A stretch of DNA of 64,000 nt, from assembly GCA_913060515.1 (NCBI GenBank), contig CAJXRZ010000022.1, forward strand, positions 10,442 to 74,441. Reading direction: 5' to 3'. Positions 35,244-44,448 of the stretch are shown here, in pieces (the first letter of the stretch is position 1; each line of letters starts with the position of its first letter). This DNA is from an uncultured Pseudomonadota bacterium (GTDB lineage Bacteria > Myxococcota_A > UBA796 > CAJQPC01). Position numbers and translations under genes: made by a program. The notes under the pieces are model-generated. The model ran no database searches and was not told the origin of the DNA. It saw only the letters and a list, made by a program, of their open reading frames with translations.

Positions 35244-37793
35244 GTGTCTGAGTCGACCCAAGGCGAGGCGCAAGCCCCGTCCGCTGTGCCATCTTTGGTG
35301 GTCAGCATGCAGAGCGCGAACGCCCTGCGACGCGTGGAGCGCACCCTGCGCTATGCCCTCTCTCAAGACGGCATGGTGGCCTGGCAGCTCTCGTGGTTGG
35401 AGCGCACGCTTGTGCCCTTGCTCACTCAAGTCTCTCAAGGCGTCCCGGAGCACCCAGGAAGCGCCCATCTCTCCGCGGCCGTGGTGGCCCTCGAAGGCGT
35501 AGACGAGATGCCCTGGATGGACCGGGTGCCCTGCGCCCAGGCCGCCTTGGTGTGTGTACAGGCTGCCCGTGCCACGGGAGAGGAGCCTGCCTTTGAGATG
35601 GGTCAGGGCGAGCTCATCGTCTTGCCGGATGTGCCCGAGGAGCTGGATGCACTCTCGGCCCCCAAGGAGCCGGCCAAGGCAGCGTCCCCCAAGGTTGAGC
35701 AAGTCCAGCGCCACGCTCTGGGTGCACCACAAGGGACCGGCCGCGCCCTGAGTACTTTGGGGGAACTCAACGCCAGCCTTGTGGAGCGCTTTGCGCAAGC
35801 TGGGATTGAGCGCATCAGCGATCTCTTGAGCCTGGTGCCCATTTCCCACGAGCGGCTCACGCCGCTGGGCAGCGATGAAGCGCTGGTCGAGGGAGCTGCT
35901 GTCGCCCTGCAGGGACGGGTCCTGGCCAAGTGGGTGCGCTTCAGCGGAAGCCTTCGTCGGGAGGAAGTCTCCTTTCAGGTTGGCGAGCGCTTGGTGCGTT
36001 GCAGCTGGCTCTCGGGAATGCCGGATCTAAAGGTCGGGGCCAGCGTCTGTTTGGTGGGCGAGCTTGAGCTGGATGAGGACGAAGCGCTGCTCTTTGAGGC
36101 GCTGCCTTGGGAGCCGGACAGCCGGGGATTGGTCCGACGCCCTCACTACGATGTAGAGGGTCTTCCAGACGAGGACATCTGGCCTCTGCTGCGCATCGCG
36201 CTGGCCCAGTACCGCGGCCAAATCTTGGATCCAATGCCGCCGGCCTTGCTCCAAGAGTACCGATTGAAGAGCCTTGAGACCTCCCTCGCCGAGCTGCATA
36301 TGCCCAAGGTGGGCCTGCGCTCCGCGCGCACCCGCCCGGTGTTTCAGGAGCTCTTGCTCCAACAGCTCTCGGCGGCATCCGGTGACAAAACGCGCCTGAG
36401 GGGAATCGCCCATTCTCTGAACCACGAGGCCTTGGCGCTGCACCAGCTGGAGAGCCAGCTCAACCTGAGCGACCCCCAAGAGATGGTCTTTGACGAGATC
36501 CGTCGGGACCTTCGGCGCCCATCTGCGATGACCCGCTTGCTGCAAGGCGATGTTGGCTCCGGAAAGGCGCTGATCTCGCTGCTCACGGCGCTCTTGGTCG
36601 GAGAGACCAAGGCCCAGGTCTGCTTCTTGGGCCCGGACGACATCGCCGCCGAGCACCGCTACCTCTTCGCTGAGCCCTTGCTTCGCGCCGCGGGCCTTGT
36701 GCCGCAGCTGGTGAGCGGAAAGCCCACGATGGCCCAAGCGGACGCCATCCGCCGCGGCGAGGCCCATGCCATCTTCGCGACCCACGCGCTCTTCAAGAAC
36801 TTCCCGGAGTTCAAGAAGCTCGGGCTGGTCATCGTTGAAGAGCGGGCCCAGTTCGGCGTGACAGACCGCAAGGCGATCTGCCAGAAAGGCGTGAACCCGG
36901 ATCTGCTCGTGGTCACCTCGGTGCCCATCCCGCTGAGTCTGACCTTCACCGTGTTCTCAAAGCATGATCTGAGCGTGCTGCGTGAGCCCATGCGCCAGAG
37001 CGTCGTGACCAAGGTGCGCGGGCCCAGCGAACGAGAAGAGGCCTACGCCTCCCTGCGGGAACAGCTGGCCCTCGGGCGCCAAGCCTACGTTGTCTTTCCA
37101 ACGCTTCAAGGGAAGGACCTGCTCGATTTGGCCCAGGCCAAGCAGCTCACGACCGCCCTGAGCTCCGAGGCCTTCCCTGGAGCCAAGGTCGCGCTCTACC
37201 ACGGGGCCATGGGACGAGAGGAGCGCTTTCAGCTCTTTGAGGACTTCCAGCGCCGGCGTCTGGACGTGCTGGTGTGCACCACGACCATCGAGGATGCCCC
37301 CGAGGTCGCCAACGCCACCGCGTTGATGGTGGACCACGCTGACCGCTACGACCTGGTTCGCCTGCATCGCCTGCGTGGCCATGTGGCCCAAGGCCGGCTG
37401 CCTGGTACCTGTGAGTTCGTCATGACCGCTCAGCCCAGTGAGGAGGGCCAGGCCCTCGTCGAGCTGGTCGCGCAGGAGCAAGACGGCTTCGCCATCGCCG
37501 AGAAGGACCGTCAGCAGCGCGGGGACGCGGCCCTGCTGGGGGGACGTCAGGACGACATGCCCGAGTTCCAGTTGGCGGACCCCACCCGGGACCGGCCCAT
37601 GTTGCTCAAGGCCCGGCGCGCAGCCCTAGAGCTGCTCAAGCTCGACCCGCAGCTCCGACAGCGCAACCACCGCGGGCTCGTACGCCTGTTGCGTGAGCGT
37701 GGCTTGGAGATCGAAGGGGAGACCCGACCAGAGGCCAGTCGCGGTGGTGCCAAGGCCAAGGGACGTCGTCGTCGCCGCAGGCGCAAGAAGTAG
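35244..37793 (+). CDS. recG: RecG-like SF2 helicase homolog with degenerate ATPase motifs
   Basis: 849 aa with RecG architecture (wedge-like N-domain, two RecA-like lobes, TRG-like region). Motif I is GSGKA, motif II is VEERAQFGV and motif VI is RGHVAQG. It also has a ~170-aa N-terminal extension and a GRRRRRRRKK tail. GTG start 9 nt after greA. Confidence 0.7.
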   Translation: MSESTQGEAQAPSAVPSLVVSMQSANALRRVERTLRYALSQDGMVAWQLSWLERTLVPLLTQVSQGVPEHPGSAHLSAAVVALEGVDEMPWMDRVPCAQAALVCVQAARATGEEPAFEMGQGELIVLPDVPEELDALSAPKEPAKAASPKVEQVQRHALGAPQGTGRALSTLGELNASLVERFAQAGIERISDLLSLVPISHERLTPLGSDEALVEGAAVALQGRVLAKWVRFSGSLRREEVSFQVGERLVRCSWLSGMPDLKVGASVCLVGELELDEDEALLFEALPWEPDSRGLVRRPHYDVEGLPDEDIWPLLRIALAQYRGQILDPMPPALLQEYRLKSLETSLAELHMPKVGLRSARTRPVFQELLLQQLSAASGDKTRLRGIAHSLNHEALALHQLESQLNLSDPQEMVFDEIRRDLRRPSAMTRLLQGDVGSGKALISLLTALLVGETKAQVCFLGPDDIAAEHRYLFAEPLLRAAGLVPQLVSGKPTMAQADAIRRGEAHAIFATHALFKNFPEFKKLGLVIVEERAQFGVTDRKAICQKGVNPDLLVVTSVPIPLSLTFTVFSKHDLSVLREPMRQSVVTKVRGPSEREEAYASLREQLALGRQAYVVFPTLQGKDLLDLAQAKQLTTALSSEAFPGAKVALYHGAMGREERFQLFEDFQRRRLDVLVCTTTIEDAPEVANATALMVDHADRYDLVRLHRLRGHVAQGRLPGTCEFVMTAQPSEEGQALVELVAQEQDGFAIAEKDRQQRGDAALLGGRQDDMPEFQLADPTRDRPMLLKARRAALELLKLDPQLRQRNHRGLVRLLRERGLEIEGETRPEASRGGAKAKGRRRRRRRKK

Positions 37794-37798
37794 TCGGT

Positions 37799-39148
37799 CT
37801 ACTGCAGGCCCATCTGCAGAGCCCAGTTCTCACTGAAGGGCACCTCGACCAGGGCGCTGAATCCCGGAAAGGCTGGATGGGTGCGCACGATGAGCACCCA
37901 GCCCAGCGCCACGATGGGGTAGACCCAGCGGGGCAGCGGCTTCTTGGGGGCCAGAGAGGCCAGCCCGAGGATGCAGAGGTAGGCCCCTTCAAAGAAGACC
38001 TCCGGTGTGGCCAGGCGCCAGAGTCCCGGAAGCAATCGAAGCCCCATGTAGATGGGGTTCCAGACCCCAAGAGGCTTTGGGCCCAGGGCCAGGAGCGTGA
38101 GAACCAGGGCCAGGGCCCCGAGGGCTTGTACGGTGCCATGGCGTCGATCTCGCCAGAGGACATAGAGGGCGGCTCCCACCCAGGGCAGGTTCACGGCACG
38201 CCAGATCTCCAGACGGTTCCACTGCAGGGGCCACAGACTCAGGGTGTCCAGCATGGCGCGCTCGTAGAGGAAGGCCTCTGGGTCTGCCATCTTGCCGGTG
38301 GTGCCCTCTAGGAGCATGGACTGGTAGATGCCCAAGGGGAGGATGAGCAAGGCGCTGCCGAGGATGGCCACGGCCAGGTACTTGGTGGGGGACTGGCCTC
38401 GTTGGCGGAGCGCGGTGCCGATGAGCAGCAGGCCGGCAGCGACCCCAGCGACCAGAGCCAGGTAGAGGTTGTCCAGAGCCATCAAGAGAAAGAGGAAGGG
38501 GGCCACAAAGCGCCACCTCCCGCCCTCTTTGGCCACCTTCACCAGCGACCACGCGTACAGCGCCATCAGCGCCACCGAGGTCTTCTCAATGGTGTGCCAG
38601 TTCAGGTCGCGAAAGACGTGCAGGCCCATGCCGAAGGGCATCGCGATGATCACCGCCGTGCGCCAGCTCCCACAGAGCTCCTTGAGCAGCAGCGCGGCAC
38701 AGAACCACCCCAGGGCAGGCCAGAGCAGGGCTTGGACGTTCAGGGCGCCGTAGCCGTGCAGGAAGAGATCGAAGAACTCGGTCACCCAGTGATGGCCGGC
38801 GTGCACGCCGATGAGCTTGACGGCTGGGTCATGCAGCGCATCGACGGGATTCAGGTAGAGGCTCTTGTGCACACCGCGCAGGTAGAACTGCAGCTGCCCG
38901 TTCTTGTCTGGAGTCGGGAAGCTGCCGTAGACCGTCTCGTTGAGAAAGGCGCCCAAGGGGGCGGTGAGCAGCACCACCTGGCCCAGCACGAAGGCGCCAG
39001 CGCGAGCGGCCGTTGGCAGCCTGGGGACCAGGGCCAGGGCACTGAGGCAAAGGGCAGCAACAAGGCAGGCAAGGTAGGCCGGCCACTCCTGACTCAGGGT
39101 GAGCACAAGCTCAAGTTGCTTGGGGTCAGGTGGGGGGCCGTAGAGCAC
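37799..39148 (-). CDS. Polytopic integral membrane protein (~10-11 TM), function unknown
   Basis: 449 aa, hydrophobic throughout with aromatic-rich loops. No motif I can name. The opposite-strand ORFs are shadows. Confidence 0.55.
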   Translation of the reverse strand: MLYGPPPDPKQLELVLTLSQEWPAYLACLVAALCLSALALVPRLPTAARAGAFVLGQVVLLTAPLGAFLNETVYGSFPTPDKNGQLQFYLRGVHKSLYLNPVDALHDPAVKLIGVHAGHHWVTEFFDLFLHGYGALNVQALLWPALGWFCAALLLKELCGSWRTAVIIAMPFGMGLHVFRDLNWHTIEKTSVALMALYAWSLVKVAKEGGRWRFVAPFLFLLMALDNLYLALVAGVAAGLLLIGTALRQRGQSPTKYLAVAILGSALLILPLGIYQSMLLEGTTGKMADPEAFLYERAMLDTLSLWPLQWNRLEIWRAVNLPWVGAALYVLWRDRRHGTVQALGALALVLTLLALGPKPLGVWNPIYMGLRLLPGLWRLATPEVFFEGAYLCILGLASLAPKKPLPRWVYPIVALGWVLIVRTHPAFPGFSALVEVPFSENWALQMGLQ

Positions 39149-39168
39149 TCCTGGCAGAATAGCGCTCC

Positions 39169-40236
39169 ATGGACAACCAAGCCCTGTTGAGCTGGTATCG
39201 CGGGGTCGCCAGAGCGCTTCCCTGGCGTGCCAAGCCCCCGAATCCCTACGGCATCCTTCTCTCTGAGATCATGGCCCAGCAGACGCGCATCGAGACGATG
39301 TTGCCCTATTGGGAGCGCTTCATGGCGCGCTGGCCCCGGGTGGAAGACCTGGCTGCCGCCGAAGGGGAAGCGGTGCTCGGGGAGTGGGCTGGCCTGGGCT
39401 ACTACAGCCGGGCGCGCAACCTGCACAAGGCCGCCAAAGTGGTCGCTGAGCTCGGGCGCTTTCCCGACACGGTCGAGGATCTGCGCGCTCTCCCGGGAGT
39501 CGGTCCCTACACCGCCGGGGCCATCGCTTCCATCGCCTTCGACCGGGACGCGGCGCTCGTGGATGGCAATGTAGAGCGGGTGCTCTGCCGCTTCCACCGC
39601 ATCGAGGAGGACCCGCGTACACCCAAGGTCAAGCGCCGGCTCTGGGCCCTCGCTGAGTCCCACATCCCCAAAGGGGAGGCCGGCGACCACAACCAGGCGC
39701 TGATGGAGCTGGGTGCGACGCTCTGCACGCCGAAGAATCCGCGCTGCGATGTGTGCCCGCTGAAGTCGGGGTGTTCAGGGCAGCAGATCGCCGCGAGCCT
39801 GCCGAACAAGCCCCGCAAGCAGAAGGCACCCGAAGTGCGCGCGGCCTGTTTGGTGTTGGAGAGGGAGGGCAGCATTCTTCTCTGTCGCAGACCGGAGTCT
39901 GGACTCCTGGGGGGACTCTGGGAGCTGCCAGCGGTCGACCTGGACCCCGCCGACAAGGCCAGTGAGACCTCGCTTGTGGTGCTGGGTCTCAAGGAGCGCC
40001 TGGGGCTGGATGTTCAGCTTGAGCGACGCCTTGGCCAAGTGCGGCACATCTTCACCCACCGAAAGCTCACCCAGAGTGTCTGGGCGGGGCAGGGGAGCGG
40101 CGAGTTGACGCTGCGCTTCTACGAGGCTGCGGCCTGGTTTGACCCAGCGGACTTGGGGGAGCTGCCCCTCTCGAAACTGGCGCGAAAGACTTTGGCTGTG
40201 CACGCATCTCCGGACGAGCAGCTCAGTCTGATTTAG
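39169..40236 (+). CDS. mutY: A/G-specific adenine DNA glycosylase
   Basis: 355 aa. Blocks LLSEIMAQQTRIETMLPYWERF, GLGYYSRARNLH and the 4Fe-4S cluster CTPKNPRCDVCPLKSGC, followed by a C-terminal NUDIX-like domain. Confidence 0.9.
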   Translation: MDNQALLSWYRGVARALPWRAKPPNPYGILLSEIMAQQTRIETMLPYWERFMARWPRVEDLAAAEGEAVLGEWAGLGYYSRARNLHKAAKVVAELGRFPDTVEDLRALPGVGPYTAGAIASIAFDRDAALVDGNVERVLCRFHRIEEDPRTPKVKRRLWALAESHIPKGEAGDHNQALMELGATLCTPKNPRCDVCPLKSGCSGQQIAASLPNKPRKQKAPEVRAACLVLEREGSILLCRRPESGLLGGLWELPAVDLDPADKASETSLVVLGLKERLGLDVQLERRLGQVRHIFTHRKLTQSVWAGQGSGELTLRFYEAAAWFDPADLGELPLSKLARKTLAVHASPDEQLSLI

Positions 40237-40952
40237 GTCAGCAAGTCCATGGGCTTGAGCACGCCCTCCAGCCAGATCCGCGCCGCTCTGACATGCTCAG
40301 CGTTCAGGCCTTCCATGGTCACGATCACGTGCCTGGGGCCCTCGTCGTAGCGGGGGTAGCTGCCGATGGACACGCCGGGAAAGCGCTCAACGGCAAGCTC
40401 CAAGCGCTCGGCGATGTCGGTCTCGTATTCCCCGGTGACCACGCGGGCGGTGTGTAGCACTCTTCCCCTGAAGCGCTCAGCGACCGCTTCGAACTTGAGG
40501 CGCATGATCGAGGGCACGCCAGGGAAGATGTGTACGTTCTTGCAGACCACGAGGGGAAAGGTCATGCCGCCGTCCCACCAGAGCTCTGAGCCTTCTGGGA
40601 CCTGTGCCATGCGCAAGGCCGCCGAGGTCAGCTCGCCCTTGATCTTCTCGTGGAGTACCTGCTCCAAGCGGGGATGGCTCACCAGGGGCAAGTCAAAGGC
40701 CGCCGCGATGCTGCGCATGGTGATGTCATCGTGGGTTGGGCCCACGCCGCCGGTCGTGAACACGTAGTCGCAGTCGGCTGAGGAGCGCGCAGTCTCCTGG
40801 GCGATGTCTTCCACGATGTCCGAGAGAACGACCACCCGGCGCACCTTGCAGCCCAGGGCACGCAGGCGCTGGATCAGGAAGGGAGCGTTCTCGTCCGCGA
40901 ACTTTCCGGAGAGGATCTCATCGCCAATGATCAGCAGTGCTGCTTGCTTCAT
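40233..40952 (-). CDS. MoCF-biosynthesis/CinA N-terminal-domain-like (molybdopterin-binding fold) protein
   Basis: Start ATG 40952 gives MKQAALLIIGDEILSGKFADENAPFL; TTGGVGPTHDDIT is also present. There is no CinA C-terminal deamidase domain. The stop overlaps the mutY stop (TTAG). Confidence 0.65.
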   Translation of the reverse strand: MKQAALLIIGDEILSGKFADENAPFLIQRLRALGCKVRRVVVLSDIVEDIAQETARSSADCDYVFTTGGVGPTHDDITMRSIAAAFDLPLVSHPRLEQVLHEKIKGELTSAALRMAQVPEGSELWWDGGMTFPLVVCKNVHIFPGVPSIMRLKFEAVAERFRGRVLHTARVVTGEYETDIAERLELAVERFPGVSIGSYPRYDEGPRHVIVTMEGLNAEHVRAARIWLEGVLKPMDLLT

Positions 40953-41171
40953 AGGCTCAAGGTAGCCTGCGTAGACCCGGGCGGCGCATGGGCTTGTGGC
41001 ATTCACCCTTCAGGAAAGCGCTCACCATGCCGATCGCTGGGCGAAGAGAAAGGATCTAGCCGGAGCTTGCTACCCCCGTTTTTGTCGTGGGCAGGCGGCG
41101 TTTTGGCGTCTATGATGATCAAGATGAGCTTGCGCGGAACCCATCGCACTGAAAGGGGGTCCAAGTCTGAC

Positions 41172-42671
41172 ATGACGGCTCAGGAACCCCGCTCCCGCTT
41201 CGGCGGTCACGCACTGAACGTGGTCGTGCGCTTTCACGGCGCCGTCGCAGAAGACGTGCTTGTTGGTCCCAACGGCACCCTACGCCGTGGCGGACAGCTC
41301 CCTCTGTCCAAGGACGGGGCCATGGTCCTGGGTACGCCCGAGGGCCCACTGGCGGTCGTACTTCCAGAGGGACAAGACTGCTTTGGCTCACTGCGTTTGG
41401 TCTCCGGCGCCTGGCGCTTTCAGGACCAGAGCGGTGAGTTGCACGTCATCCCCGATGAGAGCAGCCTGGAGCTTGAGTTCGGCGACTTGACGCTGACCTT
41501 GCGGCCCGTGCGTCACTTCTTCCTGAGCCGCGAGCTACCCGCGGATATGATGGCCTTCGGGATGGTTGCCCTCTGCATGGTGCTGGGAGCGAGCATTCAG
41601 ATGCTGGTGAGCACACCGGCACAGACTCAGTCCGTTCAGCTGCAGGAGAGCCCAGAGCTCATCGCTCGGCTCCTGGCCCAGGACTATGAAGGGGTAGAGA
41701 ACGGCAATCCAGTCAAGGAGCCGGATTTCGCACCCCAGTACACCGACTTCTTCCTGCCAGCCGGGGACAAGGGCGACTTCGAGACCATGCATCCTGGCGC
41801 CCAAGAGCCCAAGGCTGCTCAGGACGAAGCGAACAGCCCCAAACAAAAGCTGTCCGCCCAGGAGGCGCGCTCGGAGCTCCCGGAGGCCCTGAGCGAGGCG
41901 GAGCAAGACGCTGGGCCAAAGGCCGCAGAGGAGCGCCTTCCAGACGGCGAGACCTTGGATGGCGCCGATGACAAGGCCGCCAAGGAGACTGCGAGCGAGG
42001 CCGAGGACGAAGGGTGGGGATTCAAGGACCAACTGCCAGCGGAGCAAGCCGAGGCCCAGCGGGTGGCTGAAGAGCTGGCACAAGCTGAAGAAGCGCTGAG
42101 ATTGGACCCCAACAGCCCGTGGGCATTGGCCCAGGTCGCTCGCTACCAGTACCTGAGTGAGGACATGCAGGGCGCCCGCCGCACCTACGAGCGCTACATT
42201 GAAGTCCGCCCAGAGTCTGCCAGTGGCTACAACAACTTGGGCTTGGTCTACAAGCGCCTGGGGGACTTTGAGAAGGAGGAGCAGCTCTACCGCCAAGCCC
42301 TTGGCATTGAGCCCGATGACACCGCTGCGATGAACAACTTGGCCGTGAACCTTGCCCATCAGCAGCGCTACGAAGAAGCCTTGAGCTTGATGGACCAAGT
42401 CGAGGTCCTCGAGCCCGGTCAGCCATACGCCCAGCTGCACAGGGCCAAGATCTACGCAGCCATGGACAAGCCGGAGCGGGCGCTGATCAGCCTGGACAGG
42501 GCCCTCGCTGGCATGGCAGCGCTGGACACCCTGCACCACATCGAGTTCCGTCAGGACATTCGTGTTGACCCGGCCCTGGACCCTCTGCGCGAGCGCGCGG
42601 CCTTCACGGCCCTGCTGGTTCAATACTATGGGGAAGAAGGGCGTTCTCTGGTAGGTTCTCCTCATGGGTGA
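41172..42671 (+). CDS. Single-pass membrane protein: N-terminal beta-rich module, TM, acidic linker, periplasmic TPR repeats
   Basis: TM is MMAFGMVALCMVLGASIQMLV, followed by a ~150-aa E/A/K/D-rich linker. TPR-type repeats include GYNNLGLVYKRLGDFEKEEQLYRQALGIEPDD. Start is ATG 41172 (alternative 41112). The upstream part of the track ORF shadows the neighbouring gene. Confidence 0.65.
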   Translation: MTAQEPRSRFGGHALNVVVRFHGAVAEDVLVGPNGTLRRGGQLPLSKDGAMVLGTPEGPLAVVLPEGQDCFGSLRLVSGAWRFQDQSGELHVIPDESSLELEFGDLTLTLRPVRHFFLSRELPADMMAFGMVALCMVLGASIQMLVSTPAQTQSVQLQESPELIARLLAQDYEGVENGNPVKEPDFAPQYTDFFLPAGDKGDFETMHPGAQEPKAAQDEANSPKQKLSAQEARSELPEALSEAEQDAGPKAAEERLPDGETLDGADDKAAKETASEAEDEGWGFKDQLPAEQAEAQRVAEELAQAEEALRLDPNSPWALAQVARYQYLSEDMQGARRTYERYIEVRPESASGYNNLGLVYKRLGDFEKEEQLYRQALGIEPDDTAAMNNLAVNLAHQQRYEEALSLMDQVEVLEPGQPYAQLHRAKIYAAMDKPERALISLDRALAGMAALDTLHHIEFRQDIRVDPALDPLRERAAFTALLVQYYGEEGRSLVGSPHG

Positions 42672-43839
42672 GCTGCAAGTCACCATTCGCTACAACGGCT
42701 TCCTGGTAGACCACCAGGTGGTCCGGGTTCGTGACGTTGTGCGGATCGGTGATTCCGCCGATGCAAAGGTGAGTTTTCCCGGGGCCTCGGTCGCGGTGCA
42801 CCGGGTCGGTGACGCGCTGGACATCCGCGGTCGGCGTCTGCTGGAAGGGGAGCGAACGGGCTTCTCTCTCGGCCAAGTGAAGGTCGAGCTGGAGCACCTG
42901 CGCCCCGTGCGCATTCCGCGGCCCAAGAACACCCCCTTGGACTTGCGCTTTTTGCTCCTGGCATTGGGCGTCACCACGGCGGGAATGTGGGTGGACCGCA
43001 TCCAGGCCACCCTGCACTCACCCCCTCCCGGAAAGGTCGCCGCTTGGGTGGAAGACACCACGCGGATCTTGCCGCTGGCTCGGGAACGAGAGCACCGCGA
43101 GCAGGTCGCGGCGGTTCGTCCCAGCGCCGAGGAAAACCTGCTTCCGACGCCGGTTGCTGCAGGAGAGGGGCGTGCTGCCACCAACGATGACCGGACCACG
43201 GGCATCGCCTACTACCGTTGGTACCGATCCATCGTGCCTTCTACGCTCGAGGCCGAGCTGGCCCGCATTCGCTTGGCGCAGGATCCAGGCAACTCGGAGC
43301 ACCGTGCCCGTGTGGCGCGCGGCGCCTACGACAACGATGACTTTGCTCAGGCCTTGGCGCACTACCAGATCCTCCTCGAGTCTGACCCGGGCAACACCCG
43401 TTGGCTTTGGGGACGCTCGCAAGCGGAGAAGCGCTTGGGCTTCCACACGCGGGAGCTGGAGAGCTACCGCCAGATCCTGGAGACCGATCCAGACAATGCC
43501 GGCGCTTGGGCCAGCGGGGCCGTGACCCTGGGCCGCATGGGTGACTTTGACGCCGCCGAGGACTGGCTCAGTCAGGCCCTTGAGCACGGAGAGGGTGCGC
43601 CCTACTTGCACCTCTACGAGGGCATGCTCTTGGCCTTGGGAGGCGAAGACAAGGCGGCCCTGGCGGCCATCGAAGACAGCGTGCGACAGCGGGAGGCGCT
43701 CTCGGCGGGGCAGCGCATCGAGCTTCGTCGAGACTTGGCCATCGATCCAGCGCTCTCCTCCTTGCGGGGCGGGACCGAGCTTCGTTCCTTGCTCTGGCGC
43801 CACTACGGCGCGGCCGCACCGCGCAAGCTGCGTCGCTGA
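42664..43839 (+). CDS. Paralogous single-pass membrane TPR protein
   Basis: 391 aa with the same plan as the upstream gene. N-module is MGELQVTIRYNGFLVDHQVV..., TM is LRFLLLALGVTTAGMWV, then TPRs. The shared C-terminal motif is IELRRDLAIDPALSSLR (upstream gene: IEFRQDIRVDPALDPLR). 8-nt overlap with the upstream gene. Confidence 0.65.
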   Translation: MGELQVTIRYNGFLVDHQVVRVRDVVRIGDSADAKVSFPGASVAVHRVGDALDIRGRRLLEGERTGFSLGQVKVELEHLRPVRIPRPKNTPLDLRFLLLALGVTTAGMWVDRIQATLHSPPPGKVAAWVEDTTRILPLAREREHREQVAAVRPSAEENLLPTPVAAGEGRAATNDDRTTGIAYYRWYRSIVPSTLEAELARIRLAQDPGNSEHRARVARGAYDNDDFAQALAHYQILLESDPGNTRWLWGRSQAEKRLGFHTRELESYRQILETDPDNAGAWASGAVTLGRMGDFDAAEDWLSQALEHGEGAPYLHLYEGMLLALGGEDKAALAAIEDSVRQREALSAGQRIELRRDLAIDPALSSLRGGTELRSLLWRHYGAAAPRKLRR

Positions 43840-43925
43840 AGCACCCGCCAACCAAGGGGCGCCGCGCGGGCAGAGCTGGAGTTGACGGCCGCCCTTGGTA
43901 GGCTGGGGCCAGCATAGGAGGCCTT

Positions 43926-44417
43926 GTGCGCACCGCAGTCGTGGCCGGCAGCTTTGACCCCATCACCAATGGGCACCTGGATGTGATTCGCCGCAGCCGG
44001 GAGCTCTTCGACCGTGTCGTCGTGGCGGCCGGACGCAACGTAAACAAGAAGCGCATGTTCAGTCTGGAGGAGCGCCTGGGCTTGATCGAAGCTGCGGTGT
44101 CCGGCATCGACGGCGTGGAGGTCGCCTCTTTCGACGGCTTGCTCGTCCAGTACTGCCAGAAGATTGGAGCGGAGGTCATCGTGCGCGGACTCAGGCCGAC
44201 CGGGGACTTTGACTTTGAGTTCCAGATTGGTCTGGCCAACATGGACCTGGCCCCACAGATCGAGACCGTCTTCCTGTTGGCTGGACCTGAGAACCTCTTC
44301 ATCTCCAGCAGCTTGGCCAAAGAGATCGCCATGCACGGTGGGGATGTCAGCCGCTACCTGCCCGCAGCGGCCCACACGGCGCTCTTGGAGCGCTTGGAAG
44401 AGTTGGCTCAGGGCTGA
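43926..44417 (+). CDS. coaD: Phosphopantetheine adenylyltransferase
   Basis: 163 aa. Blocks AGSFDPITNGHLDVI, VRGLR and ISSSLAKEI. GTG start with GGAGG SD. Confidence 0.95.
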   Translation: MRTAVVAGSFDPITNGHLDVIRRSRELFDRVVVAAGRNVNKKRMFSLEERLGLIEAAVSGIDGVEVASFDGLLVQYCQKIGAEVIVRGLRPTGDFDFEFQIGLANMDLAPQIETVFLLAGPENLFISSSLAKEIAMHGGDVSRYLPAAAHTALLERLEELAQG

Positions 44418-44448
44418 GCCACTGCCTTGGCTGACCTTTGGTTGAGCC

